64,000 bases of DNA from Mobula hypostoma. Lineage: Eukaryota. Location of the stretch: NCBI RefSeq assembly GCF_963921235.1, contig NC_086106.1:25668001-25732000 (forward strand). Reading direction: 5' to 3'. Of this stretch, positions 63,286-64,000 are shown in pieces. The notes below the pieces were generated by a model. The model was given only the letters and a program-made list of their open reading frames with translations. It ran no database searches and was not told the origin of the DNA. The position numbers were made by a program, and so were the translations under genes. Every line of letters begins with the position of its first letter. The stretch's first letter is position 1.

Positions 63286-64000
63286 TATAATAAACGTAAA
63301 CCACTTTGGGGTAACCGTAAGCGTCTGTAAAGTGAAGGCATACATCAGGCTGTCTTTCATTAGTTCATAAAATATCCAGTGACTATCGCGGCACTGTGGC
63401 GATATCTGGTGTTATTTCACGAAGGATCAGGTTGTATTCCGACAATTTCGATGCTGTCAGCATATACTTCTCTGCTCAGTTTCCGCTTTTAGCGCGTTAC
63501 CATGTACTACCCTGCCCGCAAAAGATGTTTGGGTTGCATGTGCCCGTGATCGGTGGATCACTGAGTGTGTACGTTAAGAGGAATGTGCGACAATTGGGCC
63601 GATAAATCAGTTGACCAGAACACCTTAAGAATCGAGGAACTAAATTAGGCCACTTGACCTATCGAGTCTGCTCTACCATTTCAGAGGAGACAGTGTAGTA
63701 ATGGAGTTCTTCGACACAGTAAACATATAATTAATATAAGAAGTTCAAAAGGTCGAAATATACCTTTGGAAACAGAAGCTATCACTTTGTGCTCCCTCGG
63801 TAGTAAGCTGACGTTCCCTCTCTTTGTCTCTTCGATCGTGCTACTACTACGTCGAGTCAGGCTTAGAGTGCCGGCGTCGGGCACGATGACGGACTCCCCA
63901 CTTCTCCCTCTCCCTCATCAGTGTGTTCAGTTCATCTACATTAGCCGCGCCGCTGTCTTCTAGGAGCGTGTTGACCATAGTTTTGGGACGGCGTCTAGGG

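Noticed and set aside
1-64000. CRISPR arrays, rRNA/tRNA genes or prokaryotic systems
   Set aside because: None seen; the repeats are TEs, microsatellites and segmental duplications of a vertebrate genome, and the tRNA-like pieces are SINE heads or a PBS.

Overview
Vertebrate genomic DNA from a cartilaginous fish, probably a ray or skate (inferred from its CR1/HER1-type LINEs, Penelope-like elements and HE1-like SINEs). The window is a segment of a T-cell receptor V-gene array, most likely TCR alpha/delta, entirely on the minus strand. I count about 14 leader/intron/V-exon units with 23-bp-spacer RSSs plus 5 truncated V relics. No D, J or C segments are visible. Two V genes look potentially functional (37531-37963 and 49298-49717); the others are pseudogenes. 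From ~21 kb to the end, the array is a tandemly amplified multi-V cassette of about 6 copies with differing deletions. Shared TE insertions and junctions give a duplication history. A CTCF-like motif (TCACT[A/G]GAGGGCGCC) lies 12-29 bp beyond the RSS nonamer in the undisrupted copies, always in the same orientation, with a CACGTG E-box ~45-48 bp further on. Several RSSs are destroyed at or next to the recombination signal by LINE insertion or deletion. The rest is nested TEs: CR1 LINEs, RTE and Penelope fragments, a Gmr1-like Gypsy inside the LTR of a Sushi-like chromovirus, solo LTRs, a decayed Tc1 and SINEs. There are two N gaps. Coordinates were counted by hand; TE boundaries are approximate.
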